This document shows, piece after piece, positions 37,700 to 52,080 of a DNA stretch of 60,000 bases. The notes beneath the pieces were generated by a model. That model made no database searches, was not told where the DNA came from, and worked only from the letters and a program-made list of their open reading frames with translations. How positions within the stretch are numbered: the first letter of the stretch is position 1; every line of letters begins with the position of its first letter. The stretch comes from Mobula hypostoma (lineage: Eukaryota): assembly GCF_963921235.1 (NCBI RefSeq), contig NC_086097.1, positions 65,040,001 to 65,100,000 on the forward strand. The letters run 5' to 3'. The translations under genes were made by a program, and so were the position numbers.

Positions 37700-39450
37700 G
37701 GATGGACAATTAAAATTTCCTTCCATGGTATGTGGGCATTGTGATTCTCTTCTGGGCCAGAAGCAACCTATACAAGAGGAATGGGTTGCACTTGAACATA
37801 TGAGGGACCAATTTACTTGCAGGAAAATGTACTAATGCTACACAGGAGGGTTTAAACTAGAGTGGTGGTGGGGGTAGGGGAGGGTGCGCTCTGAGAAGGA
37901 GGAAGTCATGGGATAAAGTAGTAGCCAGCAAGAGCAAGTTTAGCAAATGCAAAGGCCAGCAACACAGTAAAGGGACGGAAATAAACACTCATTAAAACTG
38001 CATTTATTTCGATGCACGAGGTTTCACAGGTAAGGCGGATGAACTCAGTGTGTTTTGCTTCAGTGGTCTGCAACGTTACAGCCATAACAGAAATGTGGCT
38101 GAGAGAAAGGCTTGACTGAATGGTTCTCTCAGGTGATGCTATGTCTTAGTTTGGAGAAAATCAGAAGTCGAACTTTTGATCCTTGATTTGACTTTGAGAA
38201 AAGGTGGGGTTCTTTTGCCCGCTACTATCATCTGATTTGAGTTAATTAAGATGGCCTCCTTCTGATTCTTGCTTAAATGGATTTGAGTTGGCGGATTGAT
38301 GTTTTCCTTTTTATGGAAGCTTGTATGGCGTATAGCTCCGGGGTTGTGCTCCCAATGGGTTTTTTTTCTTCTTTTGGTTTTTTTTTGTTAGCAGGGTTTT
38401 TTTTGTTTTAGTTAGTAGGGGTTCTTTTTTTCCTTCTTTCTTTTTTCCAAAAAAAATTCCCAACACTTTATTTTTTTCTCATTATTATTGATATATTGTT
38501 TAGCTTTGTTAATCAGTTATTTAGTAATTTAATTCCTCATTGTACATATTGACATGTTGACTTGATTACTTTAATGTACTTTTTTGTTGATCTTCAATAA
38601 TAATTAATAAAAAAGATTTTAAAATGAGAGAAAGGCTTGACTGGAAGCTCAATATTCCAACATACAAATGCTACAGTCATGATAGCAATGCAGGTGAGTG
38701 AGGAAGGGCTGTAGCCTTTTTGTTAAGGAAAGATGTAACAGCAGTCCTTAGAGATGGAGTTCTGGGAAAAACGTCTAATGAGGCCATATGGGTGGAACTT
38801 AAAGGTGAAAAGGAGAGTGTCACTCTAGCGGGGTTGTATTATAGACACTCTAATAGTCAATGGGAAACTGTGGAGCAGGTGTGAAGACATGGAAGCAGTT
38901 GATGGATGGCAGTATGAGTAACTGGTGTATATCACAAGTCCTCATTATGCAACACTGATGGCAGTTAGACAATCTCTGAAGAGTATTGATAGTGGCTGGG
39001 GCCACCTGTCTGTCCAGAAGAAGGCAATGGCAAACTTAGGGGATGAAGCAGCACAAGTAACTGAAATGGAAGTCAGGGAGAACTTTGGCTCTAGTGACTA
39101 TAGTTCTACTAATTTTAAAATAGTGATGGAAAAGGATAGGACAAATCACAGGTTTGGATTCTAAACAGGAACAGGGATCACTTTGGGGGGAATTAGGATC
39201 TAGGAAGCATCAATTTAGCATTAAGAGGGGAATGTTTTATAAGGGACTTGAGGGGCAGAGGATGGTGGGTATATGGAAAAAGATGCTAGAAGAAGTGGTT
39301 GAGGCAGGTACAGCTGTATCATTTAAGAAATACTTACATAGGTACTTAGAGAGGCAGAGCTTAGAGGTAATATGGGCCAAATGCAGAAAATTGGGGTCAG
39401 CTGGACTCATTGGGACAAAGGTCTAGTATCTGTGCTGTGTTATCTATGAC
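37700..39450 (+). mobile_element. Old fragmented CR1 carrying nested insertions
   Basis: Endonuclease remnants (AITE.WL, YRHSNSQ) and a CR1 3' end near 39450. Confidence 0.6.
38119..38624 (+). mobile_element. 5'-truncated L1-clade LINE
   Basis: 19-bp TSD TGAGAGAAAGGCTTGACTG at 38100-38118 and 38625-38643; ORF2 C-terminus-like WFSQVMLCLSLEKIR...FEKRWGSF; T-rich 3' UTR, AATAAA and A-rich end. Confidence 0.75.
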
Positions 39451-39789
39451 TTTGACACTGCCATGGAGGCCTTGTTGGAGGAGATGTAAATTGCAGGAGA
39501 TACCTTCCCCCATCCAAGCTTCAACCACGGGGTAGCACTGCACAGGATTGCAAGGACAGAGAAAGGCTGATGGAAGACAGGTACTGGAGAATGCACAGTA
39601 AAGAACAAAAAGTGTAATTGTGTGTGACTGAAGGGAAATAGATGCTGGGTGGCTGATGAATGAAAAATTCGGTTGACTTGTAACATGATAGGGAGAGCTG
39701 TGCACTGGTGGCCAGAAACAGGTGCTCTGACTTGCTGATTCCTTCTGCTGGTGGCAGGGCTGAACTCCGATGAAGGCAAGATTGTGCTG

Positions 39790-40260
39790 CATGCAAAAGA
39801 CAACTCAGATCTTGAAGCCCACTCTGCCAAATACCGCAGTTCTCCCACACAGCAGTTCAGGTAGTGGAATTACTTTTCAGAGGCATAATTGACTGCTCAT
39901 GAGGCTGCTGGAAACTTACTGGTAACCATGTGTTCATGTGTTGGCATTGGACTCAAGAGCCATTTTGTTAGCAGATTCTTCTCACTTCCCACTGCTTTCA
40001 ATTTGTGATAGTTGCTCCAATGCAGATGACAATGGATTGTCACAGGATAGAGGCATGATGACTAATACCAATGTACTGGAGATGATTTTATGGCGCTGTG
40101 TATTGCTGGACACTGAAACAATGGAAACCCTTTTTTTATATCTTCAAGTTGCTGATAAAGCAATGTGCTTCCAATCAGTGGCATTGTGCCCATAAGCATA
40201 CTTCCATGCCTGAATAGGGAGTATCAATGATGTCATTCACACAATAGCAAAACATGAGAT
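39790..40260 (-). pseudogene. Highly decayed PIF/Harbinger transposase remnant
   Basis: Ordered minus-strand motifs ATDWKHIAL (cf. AIDGTHI), KKGFHCFSVQ (cf. RKGFHSLNVQ), GISHHASIL*QS (cf. GS.HD..IL..S), KWLL, broken by stops and frameshifts. Confidence 0.5.
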
Positions 40261-40472
40261 GCTTGACCACCTACTCTCTTTTTGCAGAATAGCAAATAAA
40301 GTTAAAGCATCCAGATGAAACTAAGGTAGAAGCAAGAACCATTTTTATGAAATAACTATTTTAACATGCTTAAGTCCATTTAATTTTGAAATAATACATG
40401 AGGAAATGTCAATCCACATAGGTAATATTAAAATTTAGGACCACCAAGATCACTAGCCAGTATTAATGCACA

Positions 40473-41172
40473 TGTAGCCCCCCTGGCCAGCCTCAGGGTC
40501 GCTTGGCTCGCTGTCATCTAGGGAAACAGCCCTCGTCCCCGCCAAACTGGGGAATCAGTTTGTGTGGATGCTGTGTGATATACCCCAGCCCGCCCAAATA
40601 ACAGACAATACACCAGATACGATTAAATGATTTACAGTTTATAGATATTACTGGAACTATATAATTTTTAGAGAATAAAATATAAAAGGAAAATAAAAGG
40701 CGCCACACTTATTAAAGTTCAATCTCTTTGTGCACAAACAGTTGGAGTTCAGGACCCTTCTTCTTCACCCTGCGACCCCTTGGACCACCTCGACCGGCCG
40801 CCTGGGACCAACAACGGTGGTCAACCAGACGCTCTACATGAGTCCGTCTCCGTCTCCTCTCCTCGTCGAATGCCCTGCTCGGGGTCCGACCCCGTTAGCG
40901 GACTCACAGCACCTGGTCCCTCCTCTGTCTCTCTCTCCCGCCTTCTGCCCCAAAACCCCACACCTACAATATCTTCAGAAACACCAAAAGCACAACAACT
41001 ATCGCAGTTGGTTCATTCGTCCTCTTATCAATAGATAATCCAAAACAAACTGCTAGCGGGAAGGACTTTCTCAGCAGTTAACATAACAAAGAAGCCTTTT
41101 CAATTATAACATAACAAAGAAGCCATTTTAATTAGACTCCGCAGTGACATAAAAAAAAAGAAACCCCTTACA
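40473..41172. mobile_element. Solo LTR (700 bp)
   Basis: TGTA...TACA termini flanked by 4-bp TSD CACA; internal short tandem repeat near 41078-41135. Confidence 0.75.
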
Positions 41173-42392
41173 CACATTAATGACTCAATTTCACCTTATT
41201 AAACAATCATAACATTTTCAGAGATTTTCCATAGTGAAAATGACTTTTAGGTGCCTGCATTTCTCTACAATTTCTGAGAGATAATGTTCAAATAAACCAG
41301 CCTCCCTTCCATGGACTGTATCTATATTTCTTGCTGCTTCAGCAAAGCAGCCTCTGTAATCAAAAACCCCACTTACCCAACATATTCTCTCTTCTCCCTT
41401 CTTCCATCAAGCAAAAGTTACTAAAGCCTGAAAGCACATACCACTGGACTCAAGCACAGGTTCTATTCATTGTTATTACCCCTTGAATGGACCTCTAGTA
41501 CAATGAAAAGAACTCTTGACCTCACAATCTACCTTGTGATCTTGCACCTTACTGTCCACTAGCACCACACTTTCTCAGTTGCACTTTATTCTATATTCTG
41601 TTTTTGAGTTACCTTGTGAAGTATGTAATGAATTGATCTGAATGAACAGTATGCAAGACAAGCTTCTTACTGTATCTCAGTACATGTGACAATAATAAAC
41701 CAATTCCAATTCCATTTCCAATATTGTGAACCAGCACACCCTGATAAGGCGCAGGGAATGACTGAAGGCAGCTGCTGGAAACTCACACTTATCTGTGCAT
41801 GTATTTTCTTCAGATATTGTTGTCTGATACCCTCCATTATAACTGTGAGTATGGACAACCTATTATTTCTTGTTTTTACTACTTGCTTGATAGATTGTCT
41901 TCCAAATGACTGAATTTGACCCTCTTCCAGCTGAGTATCTTCAACAATAATTGTTTCTTTTATCTTTCATAACCACTCTAATTGTCTTACTGCATTTCTC
42001 AGAATTAGCTCTAACGGGTGTTTCTTCAGTACACATTGCAATGGTACTTTCCAACTGAGGAAGTCACCCTGCACACACAACATCCTTATCTGTATGACTG
42101 TTTTCTCCTGAATCCAGCTCCTATCCTCTACCAAATATGTTCAAACACTTTGTTTCAGCAGACCAGCCTTCTGCTTTTATGCTGTTCGTGTCTATTTCGG
42201 AACAACAGTTGACCATAAGCAGATCATTTCTGGACCAGAATTGATCCCAATACCTTCTGATGTCCCCTCACACTATAATCATTGCAGCTAGATGTTAGTA
42301 TATTCACTGAGATGTGCATCAAAGCTAATCTAAATATTAGCATCTCGAGCCCCTACTTCTTAGTATCTTTGCTAACTCCTGAAACTCTAGTA

Positions 42393-42703
42393 TTTATTTA
42401 TTTAAGGCAATCAGTTAGTCTTGCGAGACCATGGATCTGTGCCTGGAAAGTCTTCACTCTCCAGGGCGCAGGCCTGGGCAAGGTTGTATGGAAGACCAGC
42501 AGTTGCCCATGCTGCAAGTCTCCCCTCTCCATGACACCAGTGTTGTCCAAGGGAAGGGCAAAGGCTGATACAGCTTGGCACCAGTGACATCGCAGAGCAC
42601 TGTGTGGTTAAGGGCCTTGCTCAAGAACACAACACGCTGCCTCAGCTGGGGCTCAAACTCACGACCTTCGGGTCACTAGTTGAATGCCTTAACCACTTGG
42701 CCC
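42393..42703 (-). mobile_element. tRNA-derived SINE
   Basis: 12-bp TSD GAAACTCTAGTA at 42381-42392 and 42704-42715; box A GGCCAAGTGG, box B-like GTTTGAGCC, (TAAA)n tail. Confidence 0.85.
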
Positions 42704-44019
42704 GAAACTCTAGTAGGAAAACAATTTAGATATAGCTATGCACAGTTAAAAGTAAACAAATTATATGCAATGTAACTACCTTGATTCATCTGCAAAGCAT
42801 TTTATTGTGATTATGCCAGTTTAAACTATTTTAAAACCATGATTTAAAATTATGACATATTTGTTTACCAATGATTCAACAATATAAGATATAGCAAATC
42901 ATTTGCAAATTGCCCACTCTGATTTGGCAGTTAAGTACAGTATGTACAATAATGAAAATTGCTTTGTTTTAACTCAGGAAGAAATGCCGCCACCTAACCT
43001 GCAGCTTGGCAGGATGAGCTCAAGATGTGCTCACAACTTCTCCCCACTGCAATCAGAACCTATTCCATAAGTAAAAGGCACGTAAATGAATCATAATACC
43101 CTATTGAAAATATACGATTTTTACAGCTGATTATAGAGTAAGTGATACTCAGGTGTGCATGAAGAATCAGAACAAACTGATCATGAGATGTGACTTTTTA
43201 AATGCTGGTACATTGATCTTTGTTTAAACCATATGATATCAAATGTAAATCTATCTCTGTGGGCCTCATCCACTGATCATAAATTATACAGTATACTCAG
43301 GAAAGAAAACTACATATCATGTTTTGGTGACGTCCCAAGGTGGTACTAGTGTCAAAAGCTATTGAGATTCCTAAAAAGTTACTGAAAACTCCTGTTTTTA
43401 ACCCCCCTCCAAAGAAGTGTATACTGACGGATATAGGAAACTCTATTTGGACTTAATCTCAGAGGAAGAACTAATCTTGGTATGCCTCACAATAAGAAAG
43501 CGATTATGAAAACCTCAAAGGCTATTGGGAGTTTTGGATTCCAACTAAATTGCTGAAAGATTTAGAACTGGACAAAATCAGGCCGATTTCAATACAAATT
43601 AAATACTTTTAGATGATTGCCCTTTTTATTAAAGATGTGGGAAAATATTTGTGGGCTGAGGTAGCATCAATCACAATATTTCTTGCATTAGTACAGAGCA
43701 AGGTTCAGTAATTTCAGAAGCCCCACACATCGGATAAAACCAGCCTGGGCTATGAAACATTAAGAGAAATTCCACCTTGTGGAAAAGCTCACAAATTGCT
43801 CTACATCTCATCACTCATCTAACAACAATCTTTCAATCAACATGCATATTATTCATTTTTCCAATTATACACTTCCTATTCCTCCAGCATTCATATACAG
43901 TCTCATACTAAACACACTTATTCAGCCATAACAGGCACTTCACACGGACATATTCCAACCCATTCACTAATGCTCTTCTTTCTCTTTTATAGTGTAAGAC
44001 TGCACCCTACAGCAGCAAA

Positions 44020-44198
44020 AGCATGGTAAGATATGTCACTGACCAGACATGTTGTTGGCCAACATTGCGTTAGCAACTTGACAGCTCCTAGCCAGCAGAG
44101 ATCTGGAGAGCATGGTAAGATGTGTCACTGACCAGACATGTTGTTGGCCAACATTGCGTTAGCAACTTGACAGCTCCTAGCCAGCAGAGATCTGGAGA
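44020..44198. repeat. 89-bp tandem duplication (2 copies)
   Basis: AGCATGGTAAGAT...GATCTGGAG repeated with one substitution. Confidence 0.95.
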
Positions 44199-46966
44199 CC
44201 ATCAAAAATGTCAGGTTGGAAGTTTAATTCCAAAGTAAACTTAACTGTGGCTTAATATAAAAACAAATGTACCACTTCTTGAAAAACTGTGTCAATCAAA
44301 ATGACACTTTCATTAAATGAATACCTGCATCAACTTATAGAGGTAAATGGACAAAATGTTGAAAAGTGTAAACAAAAAGTGTGTTTTCTTGAAGTCATTA
44401 AAACTGATATGTATCTTAAGATTTGGAGGTGATTAGCAAGGAAGAAACAAGGCTATTTAGATTTATGGAAATTCTTTAGAGAATAGACCAACAATAGTTA
44501 CGGGTGATTAATCTGAAAACACTGGCATCAATAGAAGAAAATTACCACAGAACTATTATCAGGAATAAGACATATAATTGCTTATGATGACACTGGTTGA
44601 AGATAGACAATGTGGATTTATGCAAGGCTATTTTATGACATAATGCAATAGAAAAATCATATTCATGTTTTTGACGCAGTAAATCCTAGATTATATTGGG
44701 TTAGACACAGAAATATTATATAAGTTGCTCCATAAAATCTAATCAAATAAATTAGGTTACATGGCACCAGGTGGGAAAGAACAGAAGTTCATATCTTGAA
44801 GTCAGAGAAACAAAAGGGAAGAGTGGTGGTGTAGGAGGAAGAGGTGGGAGTAGAAGTTGAAAAGGTTGAAGGGAAGTCAGGTTGACTAGGAAGATGGGCT
44901 GGAAGTGAACAGAAATTCTGCCAGTGGCTTTGAGTAGCTTTACTATTTTAGATCCACCATACAACTACAAATTGTTCTGACTTCTACTTCCCCTCATTGT
45001 TGTCCATTTTGCTTGGGGTTGACTAAGGTGTTTAATTGTCCAAGAAAGTCTTTGGTCTGCTCCTTGTGCAAAGAGCAGAAAATTAGGATGTAAATAAACT
45101 ATATAGGTCTATTGCAGGTTTGTTATGAAAGCCTCATTAAGCATTTAAACATTATAGTAATGACACTAGTAACTCCACTTTCAGGTTTAGCATGCATTTA
45201 AGTTAATGATTGATCATTTAAAATCTGCACTGGCATGAATGTATCTGAGCTACTTTGTAGGATTTTTTTTCTCTGCATTGTTTTTGTTGTATTCCCTGCT
45301 GTTCTTGGCTGTGAACTAGTTTTGGACTCTTTGGAGCCTCACTAATTTTCACATCTGGCTTGTTAGCAGCTGTAGTTTCCTTCAATCGCCATTCTGAAGA
45401 TAGGCATCCCACTAGGCATACCTCTCTAATCGTTGGTTTTAGAGTAGAAATAGTACTTAAAATGTTCTGTCTGCTGCTTTGTGTTAACAATGAGCAGCAA
45501 ACTCTCTTAGGCCGGCAATATGCCCAATTTCCTACTCTATGCATAATATATATTTTGTGTGCATCGACCAATTTACACAGTCATTGTATCTTAATTAACT
45601 AAATAAGATGATTTTACAAAATTGTTTCAGAGTGAGCCTTTATCCCTCTTCTGAATTTGTCATCATGTATACTTCTACAAATTCAATATGTCCAGTAGCA
45701 ATTATGCACAACTCCAAGAATGAAGTATATCTCTAAAAGTATCTTCATTTAAAAATGAAAGTATAGAAATAGCTGCACAATTAAGCCAATGAAAAATCTA
45801 TTTAAAACATGCTGGACATTGGAAACAGGTAGAACGATACTTTCAAAACATCGTAAGAAAGGTGACATGTCAATGGCAAGAGTTTAACATATGCCAATAT
45901 TCAACAGAGGCAATGAAGATTTGCCAAAATGTACAAAATGTTGATTTCTTATAACTCAACTCCTAAAAATGAACATCTGAAAATTCCAGGTGGAGATTTG
46001 GCCTTAATTGTTATTTAATTCCTTTCTCCTTAAAAACATATTCTATTTTATAAAGGTAAATTCAATGCAATGCTTTTCATATGGGGAAAATATTCACATT
46101 ATGCTGTTTCTCCCATTAATTTATTTTGTTAAATAAAGGTTGCTCATATTCTACATGTACAGTGTAAGCCACGCATCAGTTCAAACTATGAAAGTAAAGG
46201 GCTGGGTCTCTGGCAGGATGGATCTCCATCCAGTTTCTAGAGAGCACTATTTTTGTAAGGAAAGGAACAGGAAATGTGCACAAGATACTTCTGGAATTAT
46301 GTTTCCCTAAAGCTCCAAAAGAGGCCATTACGTAGTTTCCAATACTTTTGCTCATACTTTCTTGTTTCTCTTTGTGGATTTTTTCCCAAGGTTAATACAT
46401 TTATGTATGCTTTGTCACACACCTCAAAGATTGTGCCTATGAATGCTGGTTGAACAATAATGCCAAATTCAAATGTACAATTTAAATCAGGCTCAGCTTT
46501 CAATGATCTATTTCAATGATCACAAGGCAGCATATTGGAAATGTGTGCGTTCCACAGCTAATTATGGAAATTGGGTCACATGTGGTGCCTTCAGATACTT
46601 CTGTATAATGTCACACATGGTGGTACTTGCCCTGCTCAAGTTGTCAACTAAAAGCGCAAAGGAAAAATATAGTAAAGGTTAAAATTAAAGAACCTATATT
46701 TGATATCAAATTCTCAAAAAGGTAAAAAATAAAAGACACAGGTAGAAATTAATGGATTTTATCTTGTAGTTATTATAGGTACTCATCAGAGAGACACTGA
46801 AGTTGGAGCAAAGTACTCCAGAGATTTTGACCTTTATGAAAGATAGATAAAATTAAAGTGGAGAAACAAGAGCTATCTAGTTAGATTCTAACTAGAAAAC
46901 AAGGAAGCAGAATAAATTTGACTGCAGAAATGTGTAACAAAGGCTAATAAGCATTATGGTGCATAT

Positions 46967-48412
46967 AAGACCATAAGACATAGGAGCAGAATTTGGCTAT
47001 TTGGCCTATTGAGTCTGTTCCGCCATTCAATCATGGCGGATCCTTTTATCCCTTCCTCAGCTCCACTCCCCGGCTTTCTCTCTGTAACCTTCGATGCTGC
47101 AGCTAATCAAGAACCTATCAATCTCCACTTTAAATACACCCAACAACCTGGCCTCCACAGCTGCCTGTGATAACAAATTCCACAAATTCACCACACTCTG
47201 CTAAAGAAATTTCTCTGCATCTCTGTTTTAAATGGACACCTGTCTATCCTGAGGCTGTGCTCTCTTGTCCCAGACTTTCCCACAATGGGAAACATCCTTT
47301 CCACATCTACTCTGTCTAGGCCTTTCAAATGTGAAAAAGTTTCAACGAGGTCCCCCCCCCTCATCCTTCTAAACTCAATTGAGTACAGGCTCAGAGCCAC
47401 TAAACGTTCCTCATGTGATAACACTTTCATTCCCAGAATCATCCATGTGAACCTCCACTGAACCCTCTCCAATACCAGCACATCTTTTCTTAGATAAGAA
47501 GCTCAAACCTATTAACAATACAGAAGGTGGGGCCTCTCCAGTGTCTCATAAAGCCTCAGCATCATATCCCTGTTCTTATATTCTAGACCTCTTGAAATTA
47601 ATGCTAACGTTGCATTTGTCTCCCTTACCATCAACTCAACATGCAAGTTAAACTTCAGGGTGTTCTGCACAAGTACTCCTAAGTTCCTTTGCATCTCAGA
47701 TTTTTAGATTTTCTCCCCATTTAGAAAGTAGTCCACACATTTATTTCTACTACCAAAGTGCATGACCATGCATTTTCCAACATTGTATTTCCTTTGCTAC
47801 TTTCTTGCCCATTCTCCTAATCTGTCTAAGTGCTTCGGTAGCCTTCCTGTTTCCTCAGCACTACCTGCCCCTCCACCAATCTTCTTATCATTTGCAAACT
47901 TGGCAACAAAGCCATCTATTCCATCATCTAAATCATTGATATACAGCATAAACAGAAGTGGTCCAACACTGACCCCTGTGGAACACCGCTAGTCTCTGGC
48001 AGCCAACCGAAAAAGAACCCTTTTATTCCCACTTGCTACCTCCTACCAATCAGCCAATGTTCTAACCATGCTAGTAACTTGCCTGTAATATCATGGGCTC
48101 TTAACTTGGTAAGCATATGTGCACCTTGTCAAAGGCCTTCTGAAAATCTATATACACCATCCACTACCTCCCCTTTATGAATCCTACTTGTAATCTCCTC
48201 AAAGAATTCCAACAAATTCGTCGGGCAAGATTTTCTCTTAAAGAAACCACGCTGACTTTGTCCTATCTTGTTCTGTGTCACCAAGTACTCCACAACCTGA
48301 TCTTTTGCAATTGACTCCAACATCTACCCAACCACTATGCTCAAGCTGACTAGCCTATAATTTCCTTTCTACTGCCTCCCTCCTTTCTTAAAGAGTGGAG
48401 TGACATTTGCAA
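46967..48412 (-). mobile_element. CR1 LINE, 5'-truncated
   Basis: AGACCATAAGAC tail; SQRGFFKRKSCPTNLLEFFEE, LERVQWRFT. Confidence 0.85.
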
Positions 48413-48539
48413 ATGTGGGGCCCTTTCATAATCTTGGATTTAGACAGATTTTAAAGCAGGAAATTAGAGGAGCATGCAACATGGGCTATGCAATAACCTT
48501 CAAGAATTTTAATCAAACTGGTTGCAAAAAATCTTGAAG

Positions 48540-50760
48540 AACTTGATCATGGAGTAAACTTATAACAGGCTTCTGGAACAATATGTTCCTAAGGTATTTT
48601 TAGATCTATTTCTGTGACTTGATGCAACCTTATCATAAGTATTGCGTATAATTGTGGTCTCCTTACCCAAAAGGTAATAACGTTGCTTTTGGGTGAGTGT
48701 GGTGTAGGTTCACCAGACTGGGATGGTGGGTGTGCTCTATATGATGAGGTCAAGGAGGCTCAGCCTCTATTCCTTCAATTTCAGAAAAATGAGCTGAGGC
48801 CTACCTGAAACATGCTGAATTCTTATAGGGCTTAGATGCAGCAGGGTATATCCCTGGACAAAGATTTTAAAACAAGGGTCTGAAAATAAGGGATGGGTCA
48901 TTTAGGACTGAAGTAAGGAGACATTTCTTTAATTAGAGGGTGGTGAATCTCGAGACCAGAGTATTGTAATCATGTGTGGTCAACAGACTTCTGGATGTGG
49001 AAGGAATCAAGGGATATAGACACAAGGCAGGAAAGTGGTGTTGAGGTAGTAGATTTTATTGAATGACAGAGCTGTGTGAGGGCTGAGTGATCTATTCCTA
49101 ATTCAATGTCTTAAGTGTCATTCTTATATTGCCATAAATAGTTAAAAGCCTGGGGATTTAGAAAGGGCTTATAACTCACTAAAGGGCATTGAAAAATTTA
49201 TAAAGGGTGGGAAAGCAAAATGACATTCAAGTTGCAAGAAATTTAGAAATGTGAAAAAAAAAATTTGTGAACTCAGTAGCAAAGAGAGGAGAAATTATAA
49301 TGAATCAAAAATAACTCAAATGTTTAGGCAATCAAAGTTTAAATGAAAGTGAGGAATTAAAGAAAGATTACAGGGAAGTAGAAGCATTTATTGAATCTGT
49401 TATCCTATACCTTGGGGTTTGAAATAACTAACCAGAATGATTGTGGACCTTTGAGAAACAAAGGCAATGTAGAACAACCCATGTTAGTTGGAATACAGCA
49501 ACTGCAATCCTGCTGCTCAAGAAAGTATAGCTGAAATAAAATTGGAAAATGGACTGGTTACTCAGATACCAGTCGTATGAAATAAACTATCATCTGTTAT
49601 TATCACTATGGTAATGGTGCACTTAGAAAATCACAATTAGTAGTTAGATAAATGAATGAATGAAAATTACATCTGACAAAAAATTATGTAAATTTTTGAC
49701 AATTAATTAATAAACTAAATAAAAGGAAATTAGAAGATACAGTGCATCTGAATATTCAGATAACTTTTGATAAAGTAACATATAAAGATTGATACACATA
49801 ATTATGGATAATGGGATTGAGTGGAATTTATTAGCTTTAATCATATTGGTTAATGGAGAGAATGATTGGATTACTCTTCAAAATTGCAGGGTGTAACCAG
49901 TCATCTTTCAGAAGAATTAATGTTTGCATTTCTGTTTACAATCTATATCAATCATTTAGATGAAGGAGCCGAGTGCAAATATGTAGAAGTTTGCTGAGAA
50001 CTCAAAGCCGAGTGGGAAATCAAGCTGTGAGGAGGATGCAAAGGAACATAGACCAGTTAAACTATTGAGTAATACAGTTAGTGCAATATACAATGTGTAT
50101 GCATATAATTATCTGCTTTTGAAGGACAAATAGAAAAACAAAATATTTATATAAGGTGAGGAGGGTTTAGTGAACATTGAGATTTAGTGAGATCTTGGGA
50201 TCTTGTACATGAATCATAGAAAGTAAGTAACTGGGAGTGGTATGTTAGCCTTCATTGGAATGTTGGCAGCTTGAGTAAGAAAGTTGAAAATTTTTAAGGT
50301 TCTTTTTAGTCTTGGGGTCCTGGCATATTCTTAGTCTCTATTGAAGAAGTACTTACAGTAGAGGGTTTACAATTCATTAGAATGATTCATGGGATAAGAT
50401 GACTGTTTTCTGAGAGATATTAATTAGAAAGGAAGAAAAATAATTGATGTCAGTGAAACATATACAACTCTGAAAAGGCTTAACTGGGTGCTTGCTGAGC
50501 ATTTATTTATTTCTGACTGGAGAGTTTAGATCTAGATTCTGGGGAAAACTGGTCTGCCACTTGTGACTGAGGTATAGAGGAACTTCTTCACTGAAAAGCT
50601 TTTGATTCTCTGATATTCTCCAACCCATAGGACCATGGATGCTCATTCTCTGAGTTTATTCAAGTCTGGGATCCATGTTGAAAAGAAGTAAATTAATATA
50701 AGGATGGAACAGGAAAGTGAAATAGAAATTCAGCTTTGAATGGCAAAATAGGATTTATAG
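48540..50760 (+). mobile_element. Very old CR1 fragments (two copies, AT-eroded)
   Basis: Faint similarity to the CR1 RT and 3' regions elsewhere in the window. Confidence 0.5.
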
Positions 50761-51509
50761 AATGAAGTGCAAGTAACATGACTTAATTTAAATTTCTTAA
50801 CCAACAACTTGTATTAATATAGTAAAACCTTTCTGAAGCTTCTCACACGAGCACTAAAAGACAAAAACTGACTGCAAGTCAAAGGAGGTAATAAAACAGG
50901 AATAAATAAAAGTGAAATAAAAACAAAAAATACTGGAGATGCTCAGCATATATGGAAAGAGAAACAAGAGTTAATGTCTCAGACTTGCGAGCTTCTATCT
51001 TTTGTGTCTAGTGGTGATAGGAAATATTAGGACAGACAGACAGCAGCTTCATTAAAAAAAAGCAGACTTGGTTTTAATGGAATTATTCAGAGACTTGAGA
51101 TCCATATACGCTTTCACTGGTATAATTTTGCATGTCCTTGCTATGACATGTCAATAAATATACATCTGAAGCCTGACTTGTGTAGTTGTATCACGAGACC
51201 AATTTCAAATGATCAGAGAAAATGTTTGAAGAGCTTCTGGTTACTGCAGAGCATAGTGAATATCAGGATAACTGAAGACATCAAAGTATTCAATTCTGTT
51301 GCCTATATTTTAACAAAGTGTTTTCCTGTCTGGATTTTTGGACGTCTATCTCCACAGGAAATAAATGTTATTGCTGTATAAAATTCTCACATACATCAGC
51401 AGTATTTTTAGAAACAAGGTTAGTCCATTTTTATTGCATCTTTGTAAATGAATAGCAATTTCACAAAGCAAGCTGATGCATGCTTTCAATCTAAGTCAAC
51501 ACACTAATA

Positions 51510-52080
51510 GAACACAGGAAAAAGGAACAGTACACCACAATACCAGACGCTTGGCCCACAATACCTGTATTGACCATAATGCCAATTCAAATTAATCACA
51601 TCTGCCTGCACATAGTCTAAAGTCCTCCAATCCCTGCTTGTTCATGTGCCTGTCTAAATTCCTCTTAAATGTTACAATTACATCCGATTCCATTACCCAC
51701 TCTTGGCAGTATGATCCAGATATCTACTATTCTCTATCTAAGAAAAACTTTCCCCTTGGGTCCCCTTTAATACTTCTTTTTGTCACCTTAAACCTATTGC
51801 ATGCCCTCTTGTGTTTGATGCCCCCACCATGGGAATAAAGACCCTGGTCATCTACCCTCTCTATGCTTCTAATAATTTTATACACTTCTATCAGGTTGCC
51901 CTTCAGTCTCCTGTGGTTTAGAAAAAACAATTGAAGTTTGTCTAAACTCTCATTGTAGCTCATATTCTAATTCAGGCAACACTCTCATAAAGCTCCAAAA
52001 CTTCCATATTCTTCCTGTTATGTGGAGTCTAGAAAATACTCCAAACTTGGACCAACCGAAGTTTTATTCAGCTTCAAATG
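51510..52080 (-). mobile_element. CR1 3' fragment
   Basis: RRLKGNLIEVYKI...GKFF at the ORF2 end. Confidence 0.7.

Noticed and set aside
42630..42703. tRNA-like sequence
   Set aside because: It is the head of a TSD-flanked SINE with no complete cloverleaf.
44020..44198. CRISPR-like repeat
   Set aside because: Two adjacent copies with no spacers, in a eukaryotic context.
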